Positions 1-12,200 of a DNA stretch of 64,000 nt are shown piece by piece. The notes under the pieces were generated by a model, which was not told the origin of the DNA, ran no database searches, and worked only from the letters and a program-made list of their open reading frames with translations. Position numbers and translations under genes: made by a program. The DNA lies in contig JBHGNT010000020.1 of assembly GCA_043228905.1 (NCBI GenBank), positions 15,810,001 to 15,874,000 of the forward strand, given 5' to 3'. Numbering within the stretch: position 1 is the stretch's first letter; each line of letters opens with the position of its first letter. This DNA is from Azolla caroliniana. Its lineage: Eukaryota > Plantae > Polypodiophyta.

Positions 1-1181
1 TAGACATGAAGGAATTAGCAAATTTGAGGAGGGAGCTGAGAAGAGCCCGTGAGTAAATTAAAATGGTCATACCTGGCTCGTGTGATATCGGACTTCTGTG
101 TTCAAAGATACGAATCGAAGGTACCAACGCTAGCTATCTTATGGAATTAAGAAATCAAGATTCTGAAACTCAGGTCGAGAGACATGAAGAAATTAGCAAA
201 TTTGAGGAGGGAGTTGAGAAGAGCGCGTGAGTAAATTAAAATGGTCATACCTGGCTCGTGTGATATCAGATTTCTGTGTTCAAACATGAGTATCGAAGCT
301 AACCATGCTAGCTATGATATAGTATTAAAAAATCAAGATTCTGAAATTCAGGTAGAGAGACATGAAGAAATTACCAAATTTGAGGAGGGAGTTGAGAAGA
401 GCCTCTGACTAAATGAAAATGTTCATACCAGGCTCGTGTGATATCGGATTTTTGTGTTCAAACATGGATATCGAAACTAACAATGCTAGCTATGATATGG
501 ACTTAAAAAATCAAGATTTTGAAACTCAGGTGGAGAGACATAAAGAAATTAGCAAATTTGAGAAGGGAATCGAGAAGAGCCCGTGAGTAAATGAAAATGT
601 TCATACCTAGCTTGTGTGATATCAGATATTTGTGTTCAAACATGTGAATCGAAGCTAACAACGGTAGCTATGCAATGGAATTAAGAAATCAAGATTTTGA
701 AACTTAGGTCGAGAGACATGAAGAAATTAGCAACTTTGAGGAGGGAGTTGAGAAGAGCCCGTGAGTAAATTAAAATGGTCATACTTGGCTCGTGTGATAT
801 CGGATTTTTGTGTTCAAACATGGATAACGAAGCTAACAAAGCTAGCTATGATATGGAATTAAAAAATCAAGATTTTGAAACTCAGGTCGATAGACATGAA
901 GGAATTAGCAAATTTGAGGAGGGAGTTGAGAAGAGCCCGTGAGTAAATTAAAATGGTCATACCTGGCTCGTGTGATATCGGATGTTTGTGTTGAAACATG
1001 CGAATCGAAGCTAACAAAGCTAGCGATGATATGGAATTATAAAATCAAGATTTTGAAACTCAGGTCGAGAGACATGAAGAAATTAGCAAATTTTTAGGAG
1101 GGACATGAGAAGAGCCTGTGAGTAAATTAAAATGTTCATACCTGGCTCGGTTTGATATCGGATTTTTGTGTTCAAACATGC
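1..1181 (-). repeat. 178-bp satellite, about 6.6 monomers in reverse orientation
   Basis: Reverse complement of the main monomer (e.g. GAAATTAGCAAATTTGAGGAGGGAG recurring at about 178-bp spacing). Monomers look more heterogeneous than those right of the junction. Confidence 0.97.
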
Positions 1182-1559
1182 TTGAACACAAAAATTTGAT
1201 ATCACACGAGCCAGGTATGCCATTTTAATTTACTCACGGGCTCTTCTCAACTCCCTCCTCAAATTTGCTAATTTCTTCATGTCTCTCGACCTGAGTTTCA
1301 AAATATTGATTTTTTAATTCCATAAGATAGCTAGCTTTGTTAGCTTCGATTTGCATCTTTGAACACAAAAATCCGATATCACACGAGCCAAGTATGACCA
1401 TTTTAATTTACTCACGGGCTCTTCTCAAGTCCCTCCTCAAATTTGCTAATTTCTTCATGTCTCTCGACCTGAGGTTCAAAATCTTGAATTTTTAATTCCA
1501 TAAGATAGCTAGCGTTGTTATCTTCGATTCGCATCTTTGAACACAAAAATTTGATATCA

Positions 1560-4500
1560 CACGAGCCAGGTATGCCATTTTAATTTACTCACGGGCTCTT
1601 CTCAACTCCCTCCTCAAATTTGCTAATTTCTTCATGTCTCTCGACCTGAGTTTCAAAATATTGAATTTTTAATTCCATAAGATAGCTAGCGTTGTTAGCT
1701 TCGATTCGCATCTTTGAACACAAAAATCCGATATCACACGAGCCAGGTATGACCATTTTAATTTACTCACGGGCTCTTCTCAAGGCCCTCCTCAAATTTG
1801 CTAATTCCTTCATGTCTCTCGACCTGAGGTTCAAAATCTTTATTTTTTAATTCCATGTCATAGCTAGCGTTGTTATCTTCGATTCGCATGTTTGAACACA
1901 AAAACTTGATATCACACGAGCCAGGTATGCCATTTTAATTTACTCACGGGCTCTTCTCAACTCCCTCCTCAAATTTGCTAATTTCTTCATGTCTCTCGAC
2001 CTGAGTTTCAAAATATTGATTTTTTAATTCCATAAGATAGCTAGCATTGTTAGCTTCGATTCGCATCTTTGAACACAAAAATCCGATATCACACGAGCCA
2101 GGTATGACCATTTTAATTTACTCACGGGCTCTTGTCAACTCCCTCCTCAAATTTTCTAATTTCTTCATGTCTCTCGACCTGTGTTTCAAAATCTTGAATT
2201 TTTAATTCCATAAGATAGCTAGCGTTGTTAGCTTCGATTCGCATCTTTGAACACAAAAATCCGATATCACACGAGCCAGGTATGACCATTTTAATTTACT
2301 CACGGGCTCTTCTCAAGGCCCTCCTCAAATTTGCTAATTTCTTCATGTCTCTCGACCTGAGGTTCAAAATCTTGAATTTTTAATTCCATAAGATAGCTAG
2401 CGTTGTTATCTTCGATTCGCATCTTTGAACACAAAAATTTGATATCACACGAGCCAGGTATGCCATTTTAATTTACTCACGGGCTCTTCTCAACTCCCTC
2501 CTCAAATTTGCTAATTTCTTCATGTCTCTCGACCTGAGTTTCAAAATATTGAATTTTTAATTCCATAAGATAGCTAGCGTTGTTAGCTTCGATTCGCATC
2601 TTTGAACACAAAAATCCGATATCACACGAGCCAGGTATGACCATTTTAATTTACTCACGGGCTCTTCTCAAGGCCCTCCTCAAATTTGCTAATTCCTTCA
2701 TGTCTCTCGACCTGAGGTTCAAAATCTTTATTTTTTAATTCCATGTCATAGCTAGCGTTGTTATCTTCGATTCGCATGTTTGAACACAAAAACTTGATAT
2801 CACACGAGCCAGGTATGCCATTTTAATTTACTCACGGGCTCTTCTCAACTCCCTCCTCAAATTTGCTAATTTCTTCATGTCTCTCGACCTGAGTTTCAAA
2901 ATATTGATTTTTTAATTCCATAAGATAGCTAGCATTGTTAGCTTCGATTCGCATCTTTGAACACAAAAATCCGATATCACACGAGCCAGGTATGACCATT
3001 TTAATTTACTCACGGGCTCTTGTCAACTACCTCCTCAAATTTTCTAATTTCTTCATGTCTCTCGACCTGTGTTTCAAAATCTTGAATTTTTAATTCCATA
3101 AGATAGCTAGCGTTGTTAGCTTCGATTCGCATCTTTGAACACAAAAATCCGATATCACACGAGCCAGGTATGACCATTTTAATTTACTCACGGGCTCTTC
3201 TCAAGGCCCTCCTCAAATTTGCTAATTCCTTCATGTCTCTCGACCTGAGGTTCAAAATCTTTATTTTTTAATTCCATGTCATAGCTAGCGTTGTTATCTT
3301 CGATTCGCATGTTTGAACACAAAAACTTGATATCACACGAGCCAGGTATGCCATTTTAATTTACTCACGGGCTCTTCTCAACTCCCTCCTCAAATTTGCT
3401 AATTTCTTCATGTCTCTCGACCTGAGTTTCAAAATATTGATTTTTTAATTCCATAAGATAGCTAGCATTGTTAGCTTCGATTCGCATCTTTGAACACAAA
3501 AATCCGATATCACACGAGCCAGGTATGACCATTTTAATTTACTCACGGGCTCTTGTCAACTACCTCCTCAAATTTTCTAATTTCTTCATGTCTCTCGACC
3601 TGTGTTTCAAAATCTTGAATTTTTAATTCCATAAGATAGCTAGCGTTGTTAGCTTCGATTCGCATCTTTGAACACAAAAATCCGATATCACACGAGCCAG
3701 GTATGACCATTTTAATTTACTCACGGGCTCTTCTCAAGGCCCTCCTCAAATTTGCTAATTCCTTCATGTCTCTCGACCTGAGGTTCAAAATCTTTATTTT
3801 TTAATTCCATGTCATAGCTAGCTTTGTTATCTTCGATTCGCATGTTTGAACACAAAAACTTGATATCACACGAGCCAGGTATGCCATTTTAATTTACTCA
3901 CGGGCTCTTCTCAACTCCCTCCTCAAATTTGCTAATTTCTTCATGTCTCTCGACCTGAGTTTCAAAATATTGATTTTTTAATTCCTTAAGATAGCTAGCA
4001 TTGTTAGCTTCGATTCGCATCTTTGAACACAAAAATCCGATATCACACGAGCCAGGTATGACCATTTTAATTTACTCACGGGCTCTTGTCAACTCCCTCC
4101 TCAAATTTTCTAATTTCTTCATGTCTCTCGACCTGAGTTTCAAAATCTTGAATTTTTAATTCCATAAGATAGCTAGCGTTGTTAGCTTCGATTCGCATCT
4201 TTGAACACAAAAATCCGATATCACACGAGCCAGGTATGACCATTTTAATTTACTCACGGGCTCTTCTCAAGGCCCTCCTCAAATTTGCTAATTCCTTCAT
4301 GTCTCTCGACCTGAGGTTTAAAATCTTGATTTTTTAATTCCATGTCATAGCTAGCGTTGTTATCTTCGATTCGCATCTTTGAACACAAAAATTTGATACC
4401 ACACGAGCCAGGTATGACCATTTTAATTTACTCACGGGCTCTTCTCAAGGCCCTCCTCAAATTTGCTAATTCCTTCATGTCTCTCGACCTGAGGTTCAAA

Positions 4501-5300
4501 ATCTTTATTTTTTAATTCCATGTCATAGCTAGCGTTGTTATCTTCGATTCGCATGTTTGAACACAAAAACTTGATATCACACGAGCCAGGTATGCCATTT
4601 TAATTTACTCACGGGCTCTTCTCAACTCCCTCCTCAAATTTGCTAATTTCTTCATGTCTCTCGACCTGAGTTTCAAAATATTGATTTTTTAATTCCATAA
4701 GATAGCTAGCATTGTTAGCTTCGATTCGCATCTTTGAACACAAAAATCCGATATCACACGAGCCAGGTATAACCATTTTAATTTACTCACGGGCTCTTGT
4801 CAACTCCCTCCTCAAATTTTCTAATTTCTTCATGTCTCTCGACCTGAGTTTCAAAATCTTGAATTTTTAATTCTATAAGATAGCTAGCGTTGTTAGCTTC
4901 GATTCGCATCTTTGAACACAAAAATCCGATATCACACGAGCCAGGTATGACCATTTTAATTTACTCACGGGCTCTTCTCAAGGCCCTCCTCAAATTTGCT
5001 AATTCCTTCATGTCTCTCGACCTGAGGTTTAAAATCTTGATTTTTTAATTCCATGTCATAGCTAGCGTTGTTATCTTCGATTCGCATCTTTGAACACAAA
5101 AATTTGATATCACACGAGCCAGGTATGCCATTTTAATTTACTCACGGGCTCTTCTCAACTACCTCCTCAAATTTGCTAATTTCTTCATGTCTCTCGACCT
5201 GAGTTTCAAAATATTGATTTTTTAATTCCATAAGATAGCTAGCTTTGTTAGCTTCGATGTGCATGTTTGAACACAAAAATCCGATATCATACGAGCTAGG
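1560..5300 (+). repeat. HOR domain: 3-mer (533 bp) with 4- and 5-mer variants, containing a 177-bp monomer
   Basis: The AAAAACTTGAT variant (C position) recurs at 1905, 2793, 3326, 3859, 4570 (spacings 888, 533, 533, 711). GGTATGCC instead of GGTATGACC gives the 1-bp shorter monomer. Confidence 0.85.
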
Positions 5301-6499
5301 TATGACCATTTTAATTTACTCACGGGCTCTTCTCAAGTCCCTCCTCAAATCTGCTAATTCCTTCATGTCTCTCGACCTGAGGTTCAAAATCTTTATTTTT
5401 TAATTCAATGTCATAGCTAGCGTTGTTATCTTCGATTCGCATGTTTGAACACAAAAATTTGATATCACACGAGCCAGGTATGACCATTTTAATTTACTCA
5501 CGGGCTCTTCTCAACTCCCTCCTCAAATTTGCTAATTTCTTCATGTCTCTCGACCTGAGTTTCAAAATATTGATTTTTTAATTCCATAAGATAGCTAGCT
5601 TTGTTAGCTTCGATTTGCATCTTTGAACACAAAAATCCGATATCACACGAGCCAGGTATGACCATTTTAATTTACTCACGGGCTCTTGTCAAGTCCCTCC
5701 TCAAATTTGCTAATTTCTTCATGTCTCACGACCTGAGTTTCAAAATATTGATTTTTTAATTCCATAAGATAGCTAGCGTTGTTAGCTTCGATTCGCATCT
5801 TTGAACACAAAAATCCGATATCACACGAGCCGGGTATGACAATTTTAATTTACTCACGGGCTCTTCTCAAGTCCCTCCTCAAATTTGCTAATTCCATAAG
5901 ATTGCAAGCGTTATTAGCTTCGATTCGCATCTTTGAACACAAAAATCCGATATCACACGAGCCAGGTATGACCATTTTAATTTACTCATAGGCTCTTCTC
6001 AACTCCCTCCTAAAATTTGCTAATTTCTTCATGTCTCTCGACCTGAGTTTCAAAATCTTGATTTCTTAATTCCATAACATAGCTAGCATTGTTAGCTTCG
6101 ATTCGCATCTTTGAACACAAAAATCCGATATCACACGAGCCAGGTATGACCATTTTAATTTACTCACGGGCTCTTGTCAACTCCCTCCTCAAATTTGCTA
6201 ATTTCTTCATGTCTCTCGACCTGAGTTTCAAAATCTTGAATTTTTAATTCCATAAGATAGCTAGCGTTGTTAGCTTCGATTTGCATCTTTGAACACAAAA
6301 ATCCGATATCACACGAGCCAGGTATGACCCGTTTAATTTACTCACGGGCTCTTCTCAACTACCTCCTCAAATTTGCTAATTTCTTCATGTCTCTCGACCT
6401 GAGTTTCAAAATCTTGATTTTTTAATTCCATAAGATAGCTAGCGTTGTTAGCTTCGATTCGCATCTTTGAACACAAAAATCCGATATCACACGAGCCGG

Positions 6500-9200
6500 G
6501 TATGACCATTTTAATTTACTCACGGGCTCTTCTCAAGTCCCTCCTCAAATTTGCTAATTCCTTCATGTCTCTCGACCTGAGTTGCAAAATCTTGATTTTT
6601 TAATTCCATGTCATAGCTAGGGTTGTGAGCTTCGATACGCATGTTTGAACACAAAAATCCGATATCACATGAGCCAGGTATGAGCATTTTAATTTACTCA
6701 CGGGCACTTGTCAACTCCCTCCTCAAATTTGCTAATTTCTTCATGTCTCTCGACCTGAGTTTCAAAATCTTGATTTTTTAATTCCATAAGATACCTAGCT
6801 TTGTTAGCTTCGATTCACATCTTTGAACACAAAAATCCGATATCACACGAGCCAGGTATGACCATTTTAATTTACTCACGGGCTCTTGTCAACTACCTCC
6901 TCAAATTTGCTAATTTCTTCATGTCTCTCGACCTGAGTTGCAAAATCTTGATTTTTTAATTCCATGTCATAGCTAGGGTTGTGAGCTTCGATACCCATGT
7001 TTGAACACAAAAATCCGATATCACATGAGCCAGGTATGAGCATTTTAATTTACTCACGGGCACTTGTCAACTCCCTCCTCAAATTTGCTAATTTCTTCAT
7101 GTCTTTCGACCTGAGTTTCAAAATCTTGATTTTTTAATTCCATATGATACCTAGCGTTGTTAGCTTCGATTCGCATCTTTGAACACAAAAATCCGATATC
7201 ACACGAGCCAGGTATGACCATTTTAATTTACTCACGGGCTCTTGTCAACTCCCTCCTCAAATTTGCTAATTTCTTCATGTCTCACGACCTGAGTTTCAAA
7301 ATCTTGATTTCTTAATTCCATAAGATTGCAAGCGTTGTTAGCTTCGATTCGCATCTTTGAACACAAAAATCCGATATGACACGAGCCAAGTATGACCATT
7401 TTAATTTACTCACGGGCTCTTCTCAAGTCCCTCCTCAAATTTGCTAATTCCTTCATGTCTCTTGACCTGAGTTTCAAAATATTGATTTTTTAATTCCATA
7501 AGATAGCTAGCTTTGTTAGCTTCGATTTGCATCTTTGAACACAGAAATCCGATATCACACGAGCCAGGTATGACCATTTTAATTTACTCACGGGCTCTTG
7601 TCAAGTCCCTCCTCAAATTTGCTAATTTCTTCATGTCTCACGACCTGAGTTTCAAAATCTTGATTTCTTAATTCCATAAGATTGCAAGCGTTGTTAGCTT
7701 CGATTCGCATCTTTGAACACAAAAATCCGATATCACACGAGCCAGGTATGACCATTTTAATTTACTCACGGGCTCTTGTCAACTACCTCCTCAAATTTTC
7801 TAATTTCTTCATGTCTCTCGACCTGTGTTTCAAAATCTTGAATTTTTAATTCCATAAGATAGCTAGCGTTGTTAGCTTCGATTCGCATCTTTGAACACAA
7901 AAATCCGATATCACACGAGCCGGGTATGACCATTTTAATTTACTCACGGGCTCTTCTCAAGGCCCTCCTCAAATTTGCTAATTCCTTCATGTCTCTCGAC
8001 CTGAGGTTCAAAATCTTTATTTTTTAATTCCATGTCATAGCTAGGGTTGTGAGCTTCGATACGCATGTTTGAACACAAAAATCCGATATCACATGAGCCA
8101 GGTATGAGCATTTTAATTTACTCACGGGCACTTGTCAACTCCCTCCTCAAATTTGCTAATTTCTTCATGTCTCTCGACCTGAGTTTCAAAATCTTGATTT
8201 TTTAATTCCATAAGATACCTAGCTTTGTTAGCTTCGATTCACATCTTTGAACACAAAAATCCGATATCACACGAGCCAGGTATGACCATTTTAATTTACT
8301 CACGGGCTCTTGTCAACTACCTCCTCAAATTTGCTAATTTCTTCATGTCTCTCGACCTGAGTTGCAAAATCTTGATTTTTTAATTCCATGTCATAGCTAG
8401 GGTTGTGAGCTTCGATACCCATGTTTGAACACAAAAATCCGATATCACATGAGCCAGGTATGAGCATTTTAATTTACTCACGGGCACTTGTCAACTCCCT
8501 CCTCAAATTTGCTAATTTCTTCATGTCTTTTGACCTGAGTTTCAAAATCTTGATTTTTTAATTCCATATGATACCTAGCGTTGTTAGCTTCGATTCGCAT
8601 CTTTGAACACAAAAATCCGATATCACACGAGCCAGGTATGACCATTTTAATTTACTCACGGGCTCTTGTCAACTCCCTCCTCAAATTTGCTAATTTCTTC
8701 ATGTCTCACGACCTGAGTTTCAAAATCTTGATTTCTTAATTCCATAAGATTGCAAGCGTTGTTAGCTTCGATTCGCATCTTTGAACACAAAAATCCGATA
8801 TGACACGAGCCAAGTATGACCATTTTAATTTACTCACGGGCTCTTCTCAAGTCCCTCCTCAAATTTGCTAATTCCTTCATGTCTCTTGACCTGAGTTTCA
8901 AAATATTGATTTTTTAATTCCATAAGATAGCTAGCTTTGTTAGCTTCGATTTGCATCTTTGAACACAGAAATCCGATATCACACGAGCCAGGTATGACCA
9001 TTTTAATTTACTCACGGGCTCTTGTCAAGTCCCTCCTCAAATTTGCTAATTTCTTCATGTCTCACGACCTGAGTTTCAAAATCTTGATTTCTTAATTCCA
9101 TAAGATTGCAAGCGTTGTTAGCTTCGATTCGCATCTTTGAACACAAAAATCCGATATCACACGAGCCAGGTATGACCATTTTAATTTACTCACAGGCTCT
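6500..9200 (+). repeat. 8-mer (1424 bp) duplication
   Basis: ATACCCATG at 6991 and 8415; CATATGATACC and CACAGAAAT variants repeat with the same offset. Boundaries approximate. Confidence 0.8.
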
Positions 9201-12200
9201 TCTCAACTCCCTCCTAAAATTTGCTAATTTCTTCATGTCTCTCGACCTGACTTTCAAAATCTTGATTTCTTAATTCCATAACATAGCTAGCATTGTTAGC
9301 TTCGATTCGCATCTTTGAACACAAAAATCCGATATCACACGAGCCAGGTATGACCATTTTAATTTACTCACGGGCTCTTGTCAACTCCCTCCTCAAATTT
9401 GCTAATTTCTTCATGTCTCTCGACCTGAGTTTCAAAATCTTGAATTTTTAATTCCATAAGATAGCTAGCGTTGTTAGCTTCGATTTGCATCTTTGAACAC
9501 AAAAATCCGATATCACACGAGCCAGGTATGACCCGTTTAATTTACTCACGGGCTCTTCTCAACTACCTCCTCAAATTTGCTAATTTCTTCATGTCTCTCG
9601 ACCTGAGTTTCAAAATCTTGATTTTTTAATTCCATAAGATAGCTAGCGTTGTTAGCTTCGATTCGCATCTTTGAACACAAAAATCCGATATCACACGAGC
9701 CGGGTATGACAATTTTAATTTACTCACGGGCTCTTCTCAAGTCCCTCCTCAAATTTGCTAATTCCTTCATGTCTCTCGACCTGAGTTGCAAAATCTTGAT
9801 TTTTTAATTCCATGTCATAGCTAGGGTTGTGAGCTTCGATACGCATGTTTGAACACAAAAATCCGATATCACATGAGCCAGGTATGAGCATTTTAATTTA
9901 CTCACGGGCACTTGTCAACTCCCTCCTCAAATTTGCTAATTTCTTCATGTCTCTCGACCTGAGTTTCAAAATCTTGATTTCTTAATTCCATAAGATACCT
10001 AGCTTTGTTAGCTTCGATTCACATCTTTGAACACAAAAATCCGATATCACACGAGCCAGGTATGACCATTTTAATTTACTCACGGGCTCTTGTCAACTAC
10101 CTCCTCAAATTTGCTAATTTCTTCATGTCTCTCGACCTGAGTTTCAAAATCTTGATTTCTTAATTCCATAACATAGCTCGCATTGTTAGCTTCGATTTGC
10201 ATCTTTGAACACAAAAATCCGATATGACACGAGCCAAGTATGACCATTTTAATTTACTCACGGGCTCTTCTCAAGTCCCTCCTCAAATTTGCTAATTCCT
10301 TCATGTCTCTTGACCTGAGTTTCAAAATATTGATTTTTTAATTCCATAAGATAGCTAGCTTTGTTAGCTTCGATTTGCGTCTTTGAACACAAAAATCCGA
10401 TATCACACGAGCCAGGTATGACCATTTTAATTTACTCACGGGCTCTTGTCAAGTCCCTCCTCAAATTTGCTAATTTCTTCATGTCTCACGACCTGAGTTT
10501 CAAAATCTTGATTTCTTAATTCCATAAGATTGCAAGCGTTGTTAGCTTCGATTCGCATCTTTGAACACAAAAATCCGATATCACACGAGCCAGGTATGAC
10601 CATTTTAATTTACTCACAGGCTCTTCTCAACTCCCTCCTAAAATTTGCTAATTTCTTCATGTCTCTCGACCTGAGTTTCAAAATCTTGATTTCTTAATTC
10701 CATAACATAGCTAGCATTGTTAGCTTCGATTCGCATCTTTGAACACAAAAATCCGATATCACACGAGCCAGGTATGACCATTTTAATTTACTCACGGGCT
10801 CTTGTCAACTCCCTCCTCAAATTTGCTAATTTCTTCATGTCTCTCGACCTGAATTTCAAAATCTTGAATTTTTAATTCCATAAGATAGCTAGCGTTGTTA
10901 GCTTCGATTTGCACCTTTGAACACAAAAATCCGATATCACACGAGCCAGGTATGACCCGTTTAATTTACTCACGGGCTCTTCTCAACTACCTCCTCAAAT
11001 TTGCTAATTTCTTCATGTCTCTCGACCTGAGTTTCAAAATCTTGACTTTTTAATTCCATAAGATAGGTAGCGTTCTTAGCTTCGATTCGCATCTTTGAAC
11101 ACAAAAATCCGATATCACACGAGCTAGGTATGACCATTTTAATTTACTCACGGGCTCTTCTCAAGTCCCTCCTCAAAATTGCTAATTCCTTCATGTCTCT
11201 TGACCTGAGTTTCAAAATCTTGTTTTCTTAATTCCATAAGATAGGTAGCGTTCTTAGCTTCGATTCGCATCTTTGAACACAAAAATCCGATATCACACGA
11301 GCTAGGTATGACCATTTTAATTTACTCACGGGCTCTTCTCAAGTCCCTCCTCAAAATTGCTAATTCCTTCATGTCTCTTGACCTGAGTTTCAAAATCTTG
11401 TTTTCTTAATTCCATAAGATAGGTAGCGTTCTTAGCTTCGATTCGCATCTTTGAACACAAAAATCCGATATCACACGAGCTAGGTATGACCATTTTAATT
11501 TACTCACGGGCTCTTCTCAACTCCCTCCTCAAATTTGCTAATTTCTTCATGTCTCTCGACCTGAGTTTCAAAATATTGAATTTTTAATTCCATAAGATAG
11601 CTAGCGTTGTTAGCTTCGATTCGCATCTTTGAACACAAAAATCCGATATCACACGAGCCAGGTATGACCATTTTAATTTACTCACGGGCTCTTCTCAAGG
11701 CCCTCCTCAAATTTGCTAATTCCTTCATGTCTCTCGACCTGAGGTTCAAAATCTTTATTTTTTAATTCCATGTCATAGCTAGCGTTGTTATCTTCGATTC
11801 GCATGTTTGAACACAAAAACTTGATATCACACGAGCCAGGTATGCCATTTTAATTTACTCACGGGCTCTTCTCAACTCCCTCCTCAAATTTGCTAATTTC
11901 TTCATGTCTCTCGACCTGAGTTTCAAAATATTGATTTTTTAATTCCATAAGATAGCTAGCATTGTTAGCTTCGATTCGCATCTTTGAACACAAAAATCCG
12001 ATATCACACGAGCCAGGTATGACCATTTTAATTTACTCACGGGCTCTGGTCAACTCCCTCCTCAAATTTTCTAATTTCTTCATGTCTCTCGACCTGTGTT
12101 TCAAAATCTTGAATTTTTAATTCCATAAGATAGCTAGCGTTGTTAGCTTCGATTCGCATCTTTGAACACAAAAATCCGATATCACACGAGCCGGGTATGA

